NCBI GenBank assembly: GCA_008636045.1
Contig: SNRW01000014.1
Span: 1-44,276, forward strand
Origin: Streblomastix strix
Lineage: Eukaryota
Direction: 5' to 3'
DNA length: 44,276 nt
The position numbers and the translations under genes were made by a program. Of this stretch, positions 1-14,960 are shown piece after piece. The notes under the pieces were generated by a model. It ran no database searches. It saw only the letters and a list, made by a program, of their open reading frames with translations, and was not told the DNA's origin. How positions within the stretch are numbered: the stretch's first letter is position 1; the number at the start of each line of letters is the position of its first letter.

Positions 1-127
<127 letters not shown>

Positions 128-1715
128 TATTTAAAATAATTCACCTTCAAAATTTTTAAAAATAGTTCAAAAATTTAAATTGCTTAATTAAACATAAAGT
201 AGTTAAAAATATAAATTTAAAAAAAAATATTAATTTATAAAAATGCAGTTTTAACATATGTGTTTATTATGACTTTTACACCTAAAATTAATTTAATAAA
301 AATATATAAAAATTTACAGATTATAAGTTATGTTAAAAAATGGCTATATATTATGATACATTTTTAGAAGTTGCACATTTGAATAAAAATATTTCAAATT
401 GTTTGGTTTTAATGACTATATAAAGTGAGACAAATAATAAATATCGTTTCAAATATTTGTTAATAGTTTTATTAAAAGCAAATATTTAAATTCTGAAAAG
501 AAACATTATATGTAATTTAATAAATATATTCATAACTTCATATTTATATAAGATTCAATATTAAAAATTAATTAAATCAAATTTTCATCAAAATAATTTG
601 TTTTACTAACTTAGAAAATTAAATTAATAATTTAAGCCATCTAATTCATTCAGATTTTTACATTTTGGATCCATCACGCATCGACTGAATGATTTTCCTT
701 TGAAAATTGTTATATTAAATGAGAACATTAAGGATGAAGTTTTATTCAAGGTATCTATATCAAAAAAAATTAATCGTAAATATACAAGACTAAATAAATT
801 GTGTTTCTGCAAATTTTGGAAAAAAACTAACATAATAAGTATAACATCTGAAATTTTATTAAATAAAAGAATTGATAATTAAATTATTAATTCTTTGAAG
901 CAAATCAATCCTTTGTCTTATTTTAATGTTAGTTTTTTAAAAAGAGAGAATAACGAATATTAATAAATATACATTCAGAATTTAACTTTAAATTTGTTAC
1001 ATTAGAATTGGTATGAATAATTAAACGTATTTTTCTGGTTAAAATAGATTTTATATTAAAGATATAATATTTGTTTGTAAAAATAATTATCTTAAAATGG
1101 TTAAAGAAGAAGTTAAAATTGAGTTGTTAAGTCAAAATTTATCTTTTTCATGATTTCAATATTATTAATATTTTCATAAATTGAAAATGTAACTAAATAA
1201 ATATACAATATACTTCAATTTTACAATTTATATTAATATTTAAAATATTTAAAGTTTACGTCCTTAGTTATTTACCAAATCAGTAAATTTAATATATTAC
1301 ATAAATTTAAAAACAAAATAATGATAAAATTTACATATTAAGTTAGATTTAATTTGTTACAAAAAATTTACGTTCATTGGGTCTGATCAGAAATTTCTTT
1401 TTCTCTCGATTTCTTGCTTAAACAGAAAGATTACAAATGTTTGTTAATATTATTCAATTTTGTTTTGAATAGAAATTGATTTGGACAATTTAAATGTTTT
1501 AAAACTACACCAATAAGCTTAATTATTACAATTTTTTTAAATTCCACTCTTCCGATAGACTTCATAATATTAAATTACTCTAATCACAAAACAATTATAT
1601 TTCATTTCCCAAATATTGTACTATTTAATATTAGATATAAGCTGTTTTAATCGTTAGCAACGTTTTAATTTAATTTAACTATTTCTACTTTTTCTTATTC
1701 AGGACTTCCTGCAGA

Positions 1716-4700
1716 ATGTTACTTATCATCGTGCTTACCATATTCTCGTTTGGGTGGTCTTTTCCTTTCGCCAAACAAAAAAAGGACGACAGGCTAGCGG
1801 ATGCAATTGATCTTACAAAGCTACCCTCAAGAAACGAAACCATGACCAGCCATTAACGAATTTCAAACACAGAAGAGTGCACAAGTAATGGTGAAGTTGA
1901 AGTTGGCACATGCATATGTACCTAATAATTTCATCCTGATGGCTGCCTTTGTTCAGGGCAATACAATCCATTGTCATGCACCTGTCCAGATACACCAGAT
2001 GCCCTATAGGGGATCGAGGAGATACAGTGCAAATGTGTTGATGGAGATTTGAGGACCGAATGTGAAGGATATCATTACTAACCAGAAGATGAAATATTCT
2101 TCCCTCATTATGAGTTTGATTAAGAAGGAAAGTATATAGTTTCTACATATAATGGTAGAAAATAGTTTGATCGTGTCTCTATTCATGAAATAAATCGTTT
2201 AGGAGAAGGTTCAGAGAATGATGGAGAATATATCTTTTCAGGGTAGAAACCAATAGAAAAGTTGGAAGTATCAAAATAACTCGATTATGATATAGAGGAA
2301 TGCAGAGCAAAGAGACTCCTATATGAGTAGTACTATAAACTTCTTGGGTATGCTGCCTACGCATATCTAAGATAAAACATAGCACCATCGTTTGTTTACG
2401 CCCTGATGAATGCACCACGTGAAGGGACGAAGATTGATATACAGGATCCTAGGGAAAATGAAACATTCGGTGTTGAAAGAGGATGTAATTAGAGATATGA
2501 AGATTCTTTAGATGAAAACATTTATGTTGGATTTGAGAAAGATGGCATAGTTGACAGTTCGTGCGTAAACAACAGCTAAGAGATTCCCTATTCAACGATT
2601 AATGATGCATAAGACAGACTACCTGTTGCAACACGATGCGCTGATTAGAAAGAAATCAAGCACTATTTGAAAGGATTGAAGATTGGATTGATCTAAGAAG
2701 TTTCAACTTATTAGCTTCTGTCGTATCTTGTTAAAGTTGGACCTGTTATTGGGAAGCTCAGGTACATATCAGATGGAAGTGACAGTCCACACGAACTTAC
2801 TCCTGTAGAAGGAATCATAATTGGATGGAAATATGTTCAAGGAATATACAACTGGATTATGGTTTAGTAAAATGGCGATGAGTATTTCTTTTAAGGATTT
2901 CCATCCTAAACACAAGGAACTTCAGGCAGTTATTTCACAGGGAAAGTTGTCTTCTATTAAGACCCGCAAATAACAAAACCACCCACTGAAGAACCACCAA
3001 TTGATGATACACCAATTGACACTGAAAGAGAAGAAGAAGTTGTAGTAGATGATGGAGATAGAAAAGATGATGGTACAGTTAAAGATTAGATTCCAATTCC
3101 TCCTAACGATAGGATATTTAATCTTTTTATAATTTTAAGTTCAATTGATTCACCCAATGAAATCTATGAATAAACAAATACTATTGAAATAGAAGGGAAT
3201 AATGCGCTGGTACTCCAATCAAATAGCGAAGGTGATGATCTTTCTGTGTTACGTGCTATAAGTCACTCCAGCGAGATAAATATTGATGTTCCTTCTCTAG
3301 TTCATATATCTGGAGATGCGCAGATGGAGATCAATTCGTTCATCATTGAGCATTCCCAAGACTCAGCAGATCCACTACTGAGAACAGAAGGTTACTCTCT
3401 GTTTAGACTGATTGGAGTGACTCTGAGCGGGCAGACTCGTAGAAGGGATAAAGAAACTGATACTGTTGTTGTTGATTAGCAACAATAAGGATAATTCCAA
3501 TCTCCTTTCTTAGAGGCTCGCGGGAAGAAAGTTGTGATGAAGAATGTAATAGTAGAACCCACAAACTTCGTTGACTGCAATGCTATTGATATTAATGGCG
3601 AAAATGATGTTGTCAATCATCAGCTCTTAACAGAAGACTCAACTTTCCAGTAGTGGAATGACATCAACGGAGGCAAAAGCTACCTAAACTTGAACAAGTT
3701 CACCGCCGTCTTCAAAAATAGCCATTTCTAAGGTGTAGATCTGAATGCAGTTAATGCCAACAAATAGAGAATAAATGCAGTAACAAAATAGACTTGCGAT
3801 TGGAACACAGCATCTGTGAATATAGATAACTCCACTGGTTACTTTGACAAAGTTACATTCAACAATCTTGGTGAAGGTGCTCTAAAAGTTGGTAATAATG
3901 CAATCGCAACGCTCAAAGAATCTGTATAGTTCTATAGGAAATATCCAATTTAAGGAACTGACGCATCGTAGTTAACTCCCAGGAATATAGTCTGTGGGAA
4001 AGATGGTGATTTACCTTCACAACTACTGGCAGAGAGCTCTTCGTTCAAAGAAGCTGGAACTGATGGATCTTCAACAGGTGGATCAATTAGTAAGAACAAA
4101 TGGATATCAGCTGATAAGGACAACTGTAAAATAACCGGTACTTTGAATGATGAGAAGTATTTACTATTCACACCAGAGATACAAAGCATTACAGCTAAAG
4201 GAAATAATGATAAGACTGGAATCGATGTTGAACTGAAAGGGAAATCATTGTTCAAATGCGGGAAGTTGTTCTTAATGGTCAGTTTGTAGCCAAAGTCCTC
4301 TAAGAATGCTGATGACATTACAAGCAAAGAGTATCCACTTGAAGATGTAGCACAGACTTGGGATTCTGAAGAATCAGTTATAGCAACAATCAAAGAAGAC
4401 GATCTCGTGAAAAAAGGAGCAAAATTGAGTGTGTCAGTTCGTATGGAGACTAAAGATGGGTCACATTCAGAAGCTGAAGTAACTGGTGATGGAAAAAGTT
4501 CAACTGATGTTGAAGGATTTGGAAAAGGTGGATTATCAACTGGAGCATTAATAGGGATTATTGTTGCTGCTGTAGTGGTTGTCATAGTGGTTGTAGTTCT
4601 GATTATTGTTTGTTGCTATTGTTGCACGGTATGATTTATTAAACTATATAAAGTGTAATTGTTAATTAATTATATTCATGTATTATTAATATATAATTAA

Positions 4701-4831
4701 TCCTTCATTTGTTATTATTATTAATTATATCTTTATTTTATAATCATATACAGAAAAAGAGCAAGAAGTCATCATCATCCGAAAAGAACCAATCTAGTGA
4801 GGGAGTGGAGATGAAATCCAACAAATGGTGA
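1716..4831 (+). CDS. Type I membrane surface protein, ~996 aa (signal peptide, Cys-rich N-terminus, probable beta-helix/pectin-lyase-like region, C-terminal TM and short tail); 2 exons, intron 4629-4753
   Basis: With TAA/TAG=Gln the frame opens at ATG 1716 (MLLIIVLTIFSFGWSF) and continues through CICTQQFHPDGCLCSGQYNPLSCTCP and NIYVGFEKDGIVDSSC...PYSTINDA. ORF-track pieces 3246 and 4407 are in the same frame. TM segment GALIGIIVAAVVVVIVVVVLIIVCCYCC is followed by a GTATGA...TACAG intron, then KKSKKSSSS...KSNKW-TGA at 4829-4831. Confidence 0.85.
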
Positions 4832-5702
4832 ACATGCTGACCGATATGGGAAGGATTAATTAAGGAAGAAGATATTTTATAATATAATATAATATATGAC
4901 TAGTTGCTTTCTTATCTCATTCAATAATAAGTAAAGCAATAGTCTTTGGTGTATTTGATCGCGTTAGACTCTCAATATTTTATTGAGAATAATTCTTTTC
5001 TAATCATATTATAAAGAAAAACGCCTTTCAAAGCACCATGAAAAGAAACTTATTTTTGAGACCTTACGATACAGTTTGATTTGCTGAAACACTGTTGAGA
5101 GAGTCGTTATTATTTTAATTATATTTTTATTTTAATTTCGTAACTTTATATTATTTAATATTTGTCCAGTGTTTCACTTTTTCTTCCTTAATTGCACCAT
5201 TTTTTTACGGTGAAAAATTTTTACTTTTTATTTTAATCATTGAAATTTTAATAAACCATCGTCTGTCTATTTGATTTAGCCATCAATTATTAGTTTGCCA
5301 ATAACATAGTACCTACCCAATCAAACTTCAACGGAGAAATTAAAATTATATTTGATTCTTTCTATTTTGTACATTATAAATTTTTCTAAATTCTTCGCAA
5401 ATTTGGATTATTTCGAATGTATATTGGATTAAAATAAATTTTTATTATTGAATAATATATCAATATGGTTTATAATTATATTTACTATACTATATAAAAT
5501 GATTTCTTTCAGGATTTATATCTTTGCTAGTAATAAAATTTTCAATGAATTTATCTATTTCTTTTTTATATTACTTTTTAGAATCATTAAAGCCCTACTA
5601 TGAGCAACATTTTTATTCAAACGAACAATTTCTCAGAGGGTATATTATAATTTATGCTTATAAATTACATTTAATTGTTAATTCTTTCAACATTTATTTA
5701 AG

Positions 5703-6403
5703 ATAAAATTGAAGAAAAACCCTATGATTTTGTAACAACAATAATTCCATTTGCTTAATAATACTAACAATTTAAGATTGATAATTAACAAGAATAGAAA
5801 TAATAATATTAATCAGAATCTTTCACATATCCAACGGATGTTGTTAATTAAGTTGAATTCCTTTTGAAATATATTGATAACAATAAAAAATGTAAAGAAT
5901 TGATAGCTATTCCAAATTTCCTTAATTCCTTCACTATACTAACTAATTATAAATACAGCATTCATACCAGCTAGAAAGAATACGAATATATACTTAATAT
6001 TAGAAAATATAGCAGAAAATGTCTTTGGTAGATTCAATAGAGAGGTGATAAATAAGTTTAAAAAGAATTAATTAATGTTGAATATGGAAGAGTTCTAATT
6101 GTATCAGTTAGTACTGCCGGTGGAGATGGTGAATAAATAAATGAGAATATCTGGTGGGGATTAAACTTCATACATAATTTCTTTATTTCGCTTTATCAAG
6201 GAATAAATTTTTATCGGAAACTTCCACCCCAACCAGATCTAGCTAAAACATGCATGGAACAAATTATAGAAGAAGGAGGAATTGAAGAAATTGAATCACA
6301 ATTAAATAACAATAATGGAAACACATTTTATAATATCAAAGATTGTGCAAATGATGCCAAAAGATGGATTTTGAATTGCCTTATTGACAAAAGTAACAAA
6401 TGA
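5703..6403 (+). CDS. Last exon of an uncharacterised helical/ARM-like family protein with a 'STAGG...EQIIEEGGIEEIESQL' C-terminal module; small upstream exons probable at ~5513-5640; possibly decaying
   Basis: Code-6 frame is open from the acceptor TTAAAG (5702) to TGA 6401-6403. It aligns by eye with the C-termini of the genes at 22164-26712 and 43806-44276. Confidence 0.65.
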
Positions 6404-6764
6404 TCAGAATGATATCAATGTGTTTTATCTGTTTTTCTGAGGAATTTTCATATTTTTGAGTACTAATTAGTCACTACATACTAATTAGTATTATCTGAAA
6501 TTTGATGAAATATAATGAATATAACAGGATTTTTGTATTTTATTGAAAATCACATAATACTTCTCGCCCTTTATTTTTCTTGTTTAATGTACTAAAAAAT
6601 CAAATGAATATAATTATATTTTCATTTATTATCAATTCAAACATTTTTATATTCATGTATACTACAATAAAAATAAATTCATTTTCACACTAAATTAAAC
6701 ACATTTTTCAACATTTAAGTTTAATAATTTTATTAAAAAATATTATTTATATAATTTTATAGTA

Positions 6765-9700
6765 ATGGATGATATGAATATTAAGCCAGTGGTCACCGAA
6801 GAAGGAACTTTCCTATAAGCTCTAAATGCTGTTGTTCTGCTTGCAGATTAACATTCCACAAGAGTTCAAACTCGTGCTGGTCACAAATACATAACAGGAA
6901 TTTTATATCAATTACCATCATCAGAAGTTTCTTTCTTCATTCCCGAACTTTGCAAATTATCGATGACGATGGCTTCTCCTTGCGTCGATTACCTTTTACT
7001 TGAACTTTGCAAACGATCAGTTTATGTAGGATTGGTAGTGGATATGCAATTGCGCAGTGAAGAAGATGAAATCAGTATTATGGCAGTATGCTGTACCTTA
7101 TTTATTTATTTACTATAATTTTTTTACTATTCAAAGAACGTTCCAATTGAAGACAACAATTCAAAAGCAGAATATAATTCACATTCATTTCGACTCCGAA
7201 TTGAAGATGACAGTCAGAAATCAAAGCCTAAATTACCAAACCTAGATATCACACGAACATGGCCATCATTTCATATAACTGACGAAATATTCAAGTAAAG
7301 CGGAATATTGAAGTTGATAATGTCAAGTCCAAATGAAGATATGATCTTTGGAATGCTTAGACGAGGTGCAGTGCATGCTACTAAAGCTACTATCTCACAT
7401 GTTAAAAAATTGGCTAAATATGAGATGAAAATATATATCGAGAAATAAAAAGAATTGTAAAGAAGAAATTTAGAAAATTATTAATAATTGAACAAATTCG
7501 ATTAAAATAAATTAAATAATCAAGAAAATGAAGAAAATGAATAATAAAAGTTTACTAATAAATTATCTTCAATAAATTAATAATAATTTGAAAGCGAAAC
7601 CGATTCAGACAACCAAAGCAAAGATAAAATAAAATCCTATAAAAAAGAAAAAAAATTGAGTTTAGATCGAAACAGCAAAGAAAAAGACTATGAATCACAC
7701 AAATACAAAGATTCAATGCGAGAGAGAATGAAAGAGAAGATGAAATCTATCGGAAACAGAATTATGGGAACTTAATACGAAAAATTGTCGAAGACAACTC
7801 GGATGATTGAAACAATTGAAGCTGCATCAATTTTAGGAGATCTTTTCTCACATGTAACTGGAGCATCTCGATTGTATGGTTTCTATTGTGATGAGAAGAA
7901 GGATAATAATAAGAAAGAATTGGAGGAATTCGAGAAAGAGAAAGAAAAGAAGGATTAATTGAATGAAAATGCGAAAATGAAGGAAAATGGGAAAAATAAG
8001 AAAATTAATGAAAAAGATAAAATTAAAGAAAAAAAATAATAAAATGAAAATAATGATGAAAATGAATAAATAGAATGGGGAACACAAGATTCATCATCAT
8101 TATCCTTATCTATATAATAATCAACATCAATATCACAATAATCTAATTTATCTAATTAATCAACAACTTCACATTCTTTTTTCTCATAATCTCCATTTTC
8201 ATCAAAAAAACATCAATTAACTAAAACTAAAGAATCTTGGATTGAATACATCTATTCAAATCCATTTAATTAGATTCCTTCTGCTTTGCCTCCTCCAATT
8301 GCATTCATTGATCCTGATGTTGTTAAGGACAATGCCATCATACTTACACATTCGGAAGAAATTAATTAGAATTAGAATATAGAAAAAAAATAAGAAATAT
8401 TAATGGTAAATGAAAATGAATAAATTAATAATTAAAATGAAAATAAAGAAAATAATATAGATAAAAAATTATAAATTGATAATATCGCAAATAAATAAGA
8501 AATAATTAATAATAATGCATCAAATAATAACATAAAATCTACCAATAAACAAATAACACACATCGACAATATGCAACTATGCATTGGTGCTGAAATGCGA
8601 GCACTCGTCTTAGCGTAGACATTACTCGTTTATGGCGAATTACGCAAAATTGGAGGCGCTTTAAGAAGAATAAACAAACTATCTCTACTTTAAAGAGAAA
8701 AGTAAAGAGATCTATAAATGAAAAAGGATTAAAAAATTAGATTAAAACGTGAAAATGAATAAAAATAAAAATAAATCAAATAATAAAAGAAAAATTAATA
8801 ATTAGAGAAAGAAAAAGAAAAAGAAAGAATAAAAGAAATTTAAAGAAATAAGAAACTTGATGAAGAAAGATTGAAGCAGAAATAATTGATTGAATCTTAA
8901 GCTTAAGCTGCATTTGATTTGTCCTCATCATTTGAGTTAATTGATAAATCTGGAAATTAGAATAATTTAGGATAATTATATAATAATACTAATAATGCTA
9001 ATAATAATAATAAAGTTAATTCTCCAAGTCCAATAGCCAATTATAATAGTTTTAATGATAAAACAAAAGAAAATATTATTGAAAATAATTTAAATCAATA
9101 TTAATAACAAAATCTTTTACCAGCAAAAGCACTTACATCATTATAATAATAATCAAACAATTAAATATAATCCACTTAAATTCAATAATAACAATAATAA
9201 AATTCATAACATCAATAAATACAAATTCATCATTAATCCTCAAAGTCATTATCGCAAACACAATTATAACTACAATAACAAATTTTAAATCCAAATACAA
9301 ATTAATAATAGTAGCAAAATCAGGTAAAACCAACAATTGATGAATTTGAGATTCGCAATTAAAGACTAAAAACGCTCCGTTGGATGATGGAAGGACTGAA
9401 TTACTGCGCCTCTCCTGTTTTATGCTTAATTGAAATTGAGATGAACAAAAGAGTGAAAAAATGTAATTAATTAAGGAAGTAGAAGAAGAAGAATTTGGTA
9501 TAATTGGGTTTGCATTAATAAACTAGTGAAAAAGTGAAGGAAAATGAAAAAGAATAAAATATTGAGAAAATTAATGAAAAAGAAGATAAATAGAGATTAT
9601 TTGAGAAAGTCAATCTATATAAAGAAGTTGAAAACAATAAGAAAGAAAATATTGATTAAATTGATAATTAAAAAGAAAATATAAATGAATAATAAAAAAA

Positions 9701-12700
9701 TAATGATTAAATCAAAGAAATAGATTAAAATTCAGAATAAGAAAAATTGAATTAATCTGAATAAAAACAAACTACGCAAACTGAACCAACAAAAAATATT
9801 ATTATTGAAGAAACTCAAATCGAACAAATAAAATAAAGAAATGAATAATAATTGAGTATTTAAAAGAGAAAATTAGATCAATTTCATAACTGTTCAAAGA
9901 AAATAAGGCTTATTTACACATTTTTGCCTTTACCTCCACTTCAAGTTAAAATTCAGCATGAATATTAATTAGCTTCTCCGTCTCCTTTATTAATTAATGC
10001 TTTATATTTCTAAATTGATCAATCAAAATAATTTACTGCTTAATCTAAATAATAACCAAAATAATAATAGAATTAATTATAATTTTTGCAATCATAATTA
10101 TCACAAAATGAATCAAAATTATAACAAATATACTTCAATCAATCTAATTTAAGTGAATAACTTACACCTCCTGAACCATTAGTGCAACATTAAGAATAAT
10201 AATTACTTCAAAAATAGTAAAATGAATTATAATAACAATAATAATATCTTAATAATACATATTTTATTGAACAAAAAGACAGTTAAGATGTTGATCAAAT
10301 CAAATTAAATGAAAAATTGTAAAATAAATAAACTGAAAATCAAATCATTTCAATATCGCAACAACAATAATAATCAACATAATTAATATAATAAAATGAA
10401 TTATAACATTAATAGCAATCATCATAATCATAATAATCATCACTTCAAACACAATAACAACCATAATCATAACCATAATCATTATCACCAATATCATAAC
10501 ATTAATAACAATCATCATCATTCACCCAATCCAACTCCATTCAATCAATATCATCACATTTCCCTTCTTTCTATCCATTCTTCCCAATTGACCAAAAAAC
10601 ACCAGTACCATTTTTTATCCCGTGTTAGCCTATAAATTGTCCACCGCATCTTTTTCTGAGATTTTTTCCATCTGAATGTGTAGTATTAAAATCGAGGGTG
10701 AGGTCTCCATATTAAATATGGTATGAATATGTAGTGGATCAGAAAGATTGGGAGGAATGCAAATAGATTAGTAAGGAAATTGGATCAGTTGGGGAAGAGG
10801 AAACTTTAGAAGAAGATATAGAAAAAGAATAAGATATGGAATAATAAGAATAAGATGAATAAGATGAGTTAAATGAAAATAATTTGAATGAAATTATTAA
10901 AATTGAAGATAAAGAGAATATTCAATAGTAAAATGAAGATAAAGTTAACATAAATACAGTCTTATAAAAGAAAAAGTCAAATATAAAAGATGATCCAAAA
11001 ATTTGGGGAAATGATGATGATGAAGAAGAAGTTTTGTAAGAAAAAAGTTAATAAATTGAAATCAGAAATTAAAAAGATGAAAAAAATAAAGACGAAACTA
11101 ATATTTAATAAGAATAACTAAAAGAAGATTAAAATTAATATTAATAAATTGATAATATTCCAAAATAAGAATCTTCAACTCCAGAATAATAAGATTTCGA
11201 TCATCAGTCAAATATCAACACCAAACAACATTCAAACTTTGAAAAATTGCGTAAATTGCAACTTTTATTCTACAAAGTAACTGCAGCTGATCCTTCACGT
11301 GATATGAACGATATTGAAATTACTAATCCACAATTGCTTGATTTGAAAAGAAGATAAAATGAAATTAAGCAATTGTAAACAAACCAGAATTAATAGACTA
11401 ATTAATAATAAGAATAATAAGAATAATAGCAGAATTAAGAATTCTCTGATATTGAAGATATTTTATTAAAAAACAATGCTTTAAAATAATAATTAAGTGA
11501 TAACCATTAACAATAACTGTAATAATCATAATTATAATAAAATAAATAATAACAAAGAGTTTCTAATTCACCTTCATCCTAATCTCCATCTCCTGTTCCT
11601 TAAAATATTCAATCTTTCGTTTCTTAGTAAAACAAATAAAATTCAGATTCATTAGAAAAATTAATTAATTATGTCCCATAGGAATTATAAAATGAATATT
11701 AAAATCAACAATCGGAAATATAATTGAAATAATATTCATCTTCTTAATCTCCTCATTAAAATCCATAACATTAATAAAATCAATAATAATAGAGTTAGTA
11801 AGATCAATTAAATTAACAATTAAATTAATAATTGAATCAATAGTAATAGAACTAATAATTATTACCTCTACCATCTACTAATAAATCTCAATCATAACCC
11901 CCTTCACATATTTCTCCGTTTATTACTCCGTCCCAATCTCCTTCATTCTTTCAGTAACCATTGAATATCAGATAAACTAAATCGAAATCAAATGAAAATT
12001 TGCAATCGAATGATAATTTGAAATAATAAATAGAAAATAATATAAATATTATTGAAATTGAAAATAAAGAATAAAATTAACATGTTAAAAAGGATGAAAA
12101 TTAGAATAATGACCAAATACAACAATAATAAGATAAATCACCAGTAGAAGTTCAAAATGATGATACCAATAACAATTATGAATAAATCTACAAAAAAATA
12201 ACATCATCAAAATATCCACATCCGCATTTTCCAGGTGAACTATTTCAAACAAGAAAAACCAGATTAGCACAAATTTCACCCTTTTCATAACTACCAACTT
12301 GGAATATCGGATCTTTCATAGTAAAAGAGTATGATGATGTTCGCCAGGACAGACTTGTGTGCTAATTGCTCTCAATCATGGAAGCCATCTGGATTGAAGC
12401 TAAAATCCCCATCAAGATGCGGAAATACGAAGTCGTCGTATCTGCGCAAGACGGTGGCTTTGTTGAGACGCTTTACGATTCTATATCCATACATGCTATG
12501 AAACAAAATGTTTTGGCTGAGATGAACCAACACTTAATTGAAATGCACAACAGAGCTAGAGATAAAGTTGCTTAGAAAGCGAGAGAATAAGCTGAGTTGG
12601 TTGAAAGGAAGAAAATGATCTAAGAAGCTGAATAATTGTTCAATTAGATGAATTAGAATTAGAATCAAAATTCCAATTAAACTAATTAAGCTAATTAATA

Positions 12701-14633
12701 ATAATAGTCTTAAAAGCTAATCAAAAATCAACAGAAGAAACAAAAGCAAATTTCTATTTCTCCGTCAATAACTCCGTCCCCATCTCCACTGTAGATAACA
12801 TAAGTCCATTAATTTGGTGTTTCTCCATTGTAGCTTAAATCATAAACAATTGATACGAATTAATTAGAAAAAATTGGATTGAATGAGAAAGATGGAAAAA
12901 TGATTGAAAATGATCATGTTAATAGATAAATTTAATTAGAAAGTGGAGATGGATAATAAAATTAAAATAAACATTCTTCAATTGAATAATAAAACAACGA
13001 CCTTTAAATTGAAAAATAATAAATCATTGAATCAGATCATAATAATTAATCTATTTAAAATCCAAATTCATAAATAAATGAAGATTCATCATCAAATCAA
13101 TCTGTATAATTTTCCTCCAATTAGTCTTCAGCTCAATAATAACATTCTGAATCACCAAAATTTGAATAATAACAAGATTCATAATAATTATAATAACAAG
13201 ATCAATCATAATTAAATCACTCTTCATTGGCTAAATAATCATCTACTTCTTCTTTATAACAGAATTCCACATCCTAATAATAATAATAATAATCTTCAAT
13301 ATCATCAACAAATAACACTTAATAATCGTCTTCATCAATATAAGTTACTCAAACTCCAAAATTTACACCATTATCATCACCAGTTTTAATATCATCATCT
13401 TTATTATCGAATTCTCCAAATTAATAATAAATTACTTCTTCAGCTTAATTACAATAATCTAAATTACAACAACAACCTCTGACAAATTCACAAGATGTAC
13501 TAATCAAATCTGTCTTCGAATCAGTATAAGGTGCTGCACAAGCTTCATTATCACCATAATTTTAAGCAAAGCCAAAATTCCAGTTAACAGAAAAAGCACA
13601 ACAATCAGTTGAACAAGCCGTTTAATCAGCTTTGGCTCAATTTCCGCCAAATCCACCTCCGATAAGAGCTGTTTCATTAGGAGACTGTTTTGAGCATATT
13701 TTTGGACCAAGACACACACAACAGTTCAGAAGAGCTACTCTGAATTATTCGAGGTCAGTTGCTGCTTATTCACTAGCTACATATCTCTTAGCTATAAAAG
13801 ACAGGCACAACGGTAATATAATGATTGACAGCGAAGGTCGTGTGATACACATAGATTTTGGGTTCATACTTTCGAGATGTCCAGGTGGTTTCAACTTCGA
13901 ACAATCTCCATTTAAATTGACTCTTGAAATGGCTGATCTGATGGGTAAAAATTCAACAGCAGCTGCAGTTGCGAAATATTAGGCTGTCGCTAAGAATGCA
14001 GCAACAACTATCAGTCAATAAGAAGCTTGGAAAAGTGGTAAGTAATATATGGATGAATAGTTATCAACAGGACCTGGTGATTTCATATTTGGAAATGTGT
14101 CGAATCAGGAGGATAATATCGAAGATGAATTGAGTTCTCTGTAAGATGGGAATATAAATATAAATAACTATAATAAAATTAATAGCAGAAGGAATTCAAC
14201 ATTAAATTCTAAGGACAATCCTAAAGAATAAATCGCATCTACTGATTGGGCTGGAGGTAGCATTGTATATGAGATATTCAAGTAGTTATTTGTGATGGGT
14301 TTCATGAGTATAAGAAGAAGAGCATCATATATTGGGAAAATACTTGAATTGATGGCACAATACTCGGCGCTGCCATGTTTTGATTCGAATGATGGTGGAA
14401 AGAGAGCCATTGGTGTGTTTTAATAAGAATATGTAATAGAAATGATTTAAATTTTATTTAAATTTTATTTAAATTTTCTTTAATCAGATGAATTTTACAA
14501 GAGATGTGTGCTTGATTTATCTGATGAAGCTGCTGAATAATTTGCACAAGGATTGATAACAAAATCCTACAATAATTAATATACGAGTATATACGATACT
14601 TTTCAATGGTTACAGAATAGAATATATCCATGA
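6765..14633 (+). CDS. PI4KB: Phosphatidylinositol 4-kinase, PIK1/PI4KIII-beta type, ~2,580 aa with long Q/N/E low-complexity insertions; probable introns 7086-7136 and 14413-14487
   Basis: All motifs lie in one code-6 frame: N-terminal helical segment LYQLPSSEVSFFIPELCKL; HLFLRFFPSECVVLKSRVRSPYQIWYE (~10650-10730); SPFSQLPTWNIGSFIVKEYDDVRQDRLVCQLL (~12280-12370); catalytic YSLATYLLAIKDRHNGNIMIDSEGRVIHIDFGF and FEQSPFKLT; C-terminal YTSIYDTFQWLQNRIYP-TGA. Low-complexity stretches were spot-checked rather than read codon by codon. Confidence 0.93.
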
Positions 14634-14960
14634 GATGAATTTATAGTTTTCTTATTGATATTATTCATCATCTATTTTATTTTATTATATATGCTAATCA
14701 TGAGTTTTTTTCATTAATTATCGTTTATCAATTGAAATTATTTTAAAACGTTGGGTTTTTTTATTTCAGTTTAAATCATATTTTTATTTTATTTTATATT
14801 TTTTGGATAAAAATCCAAAAAAAATAAACGAATGGGCAATTTTCCATATAAATTGATAAAAATTCTACTTTCATTGTTCACTTTTTAAATTTAAGATTTA
14901 TTATCAACACCAACATTAGAAGAAAAATGAATATAAAAAATTAATAGATTATTAATTTTT

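Noticed and set aside
10396..10635. His/Asn-rich ORF as a metal-binding protein
   Set aside because: It is an off-frame reading of a Gln/Ser/Pro-rich stretch within the PI4K gene.
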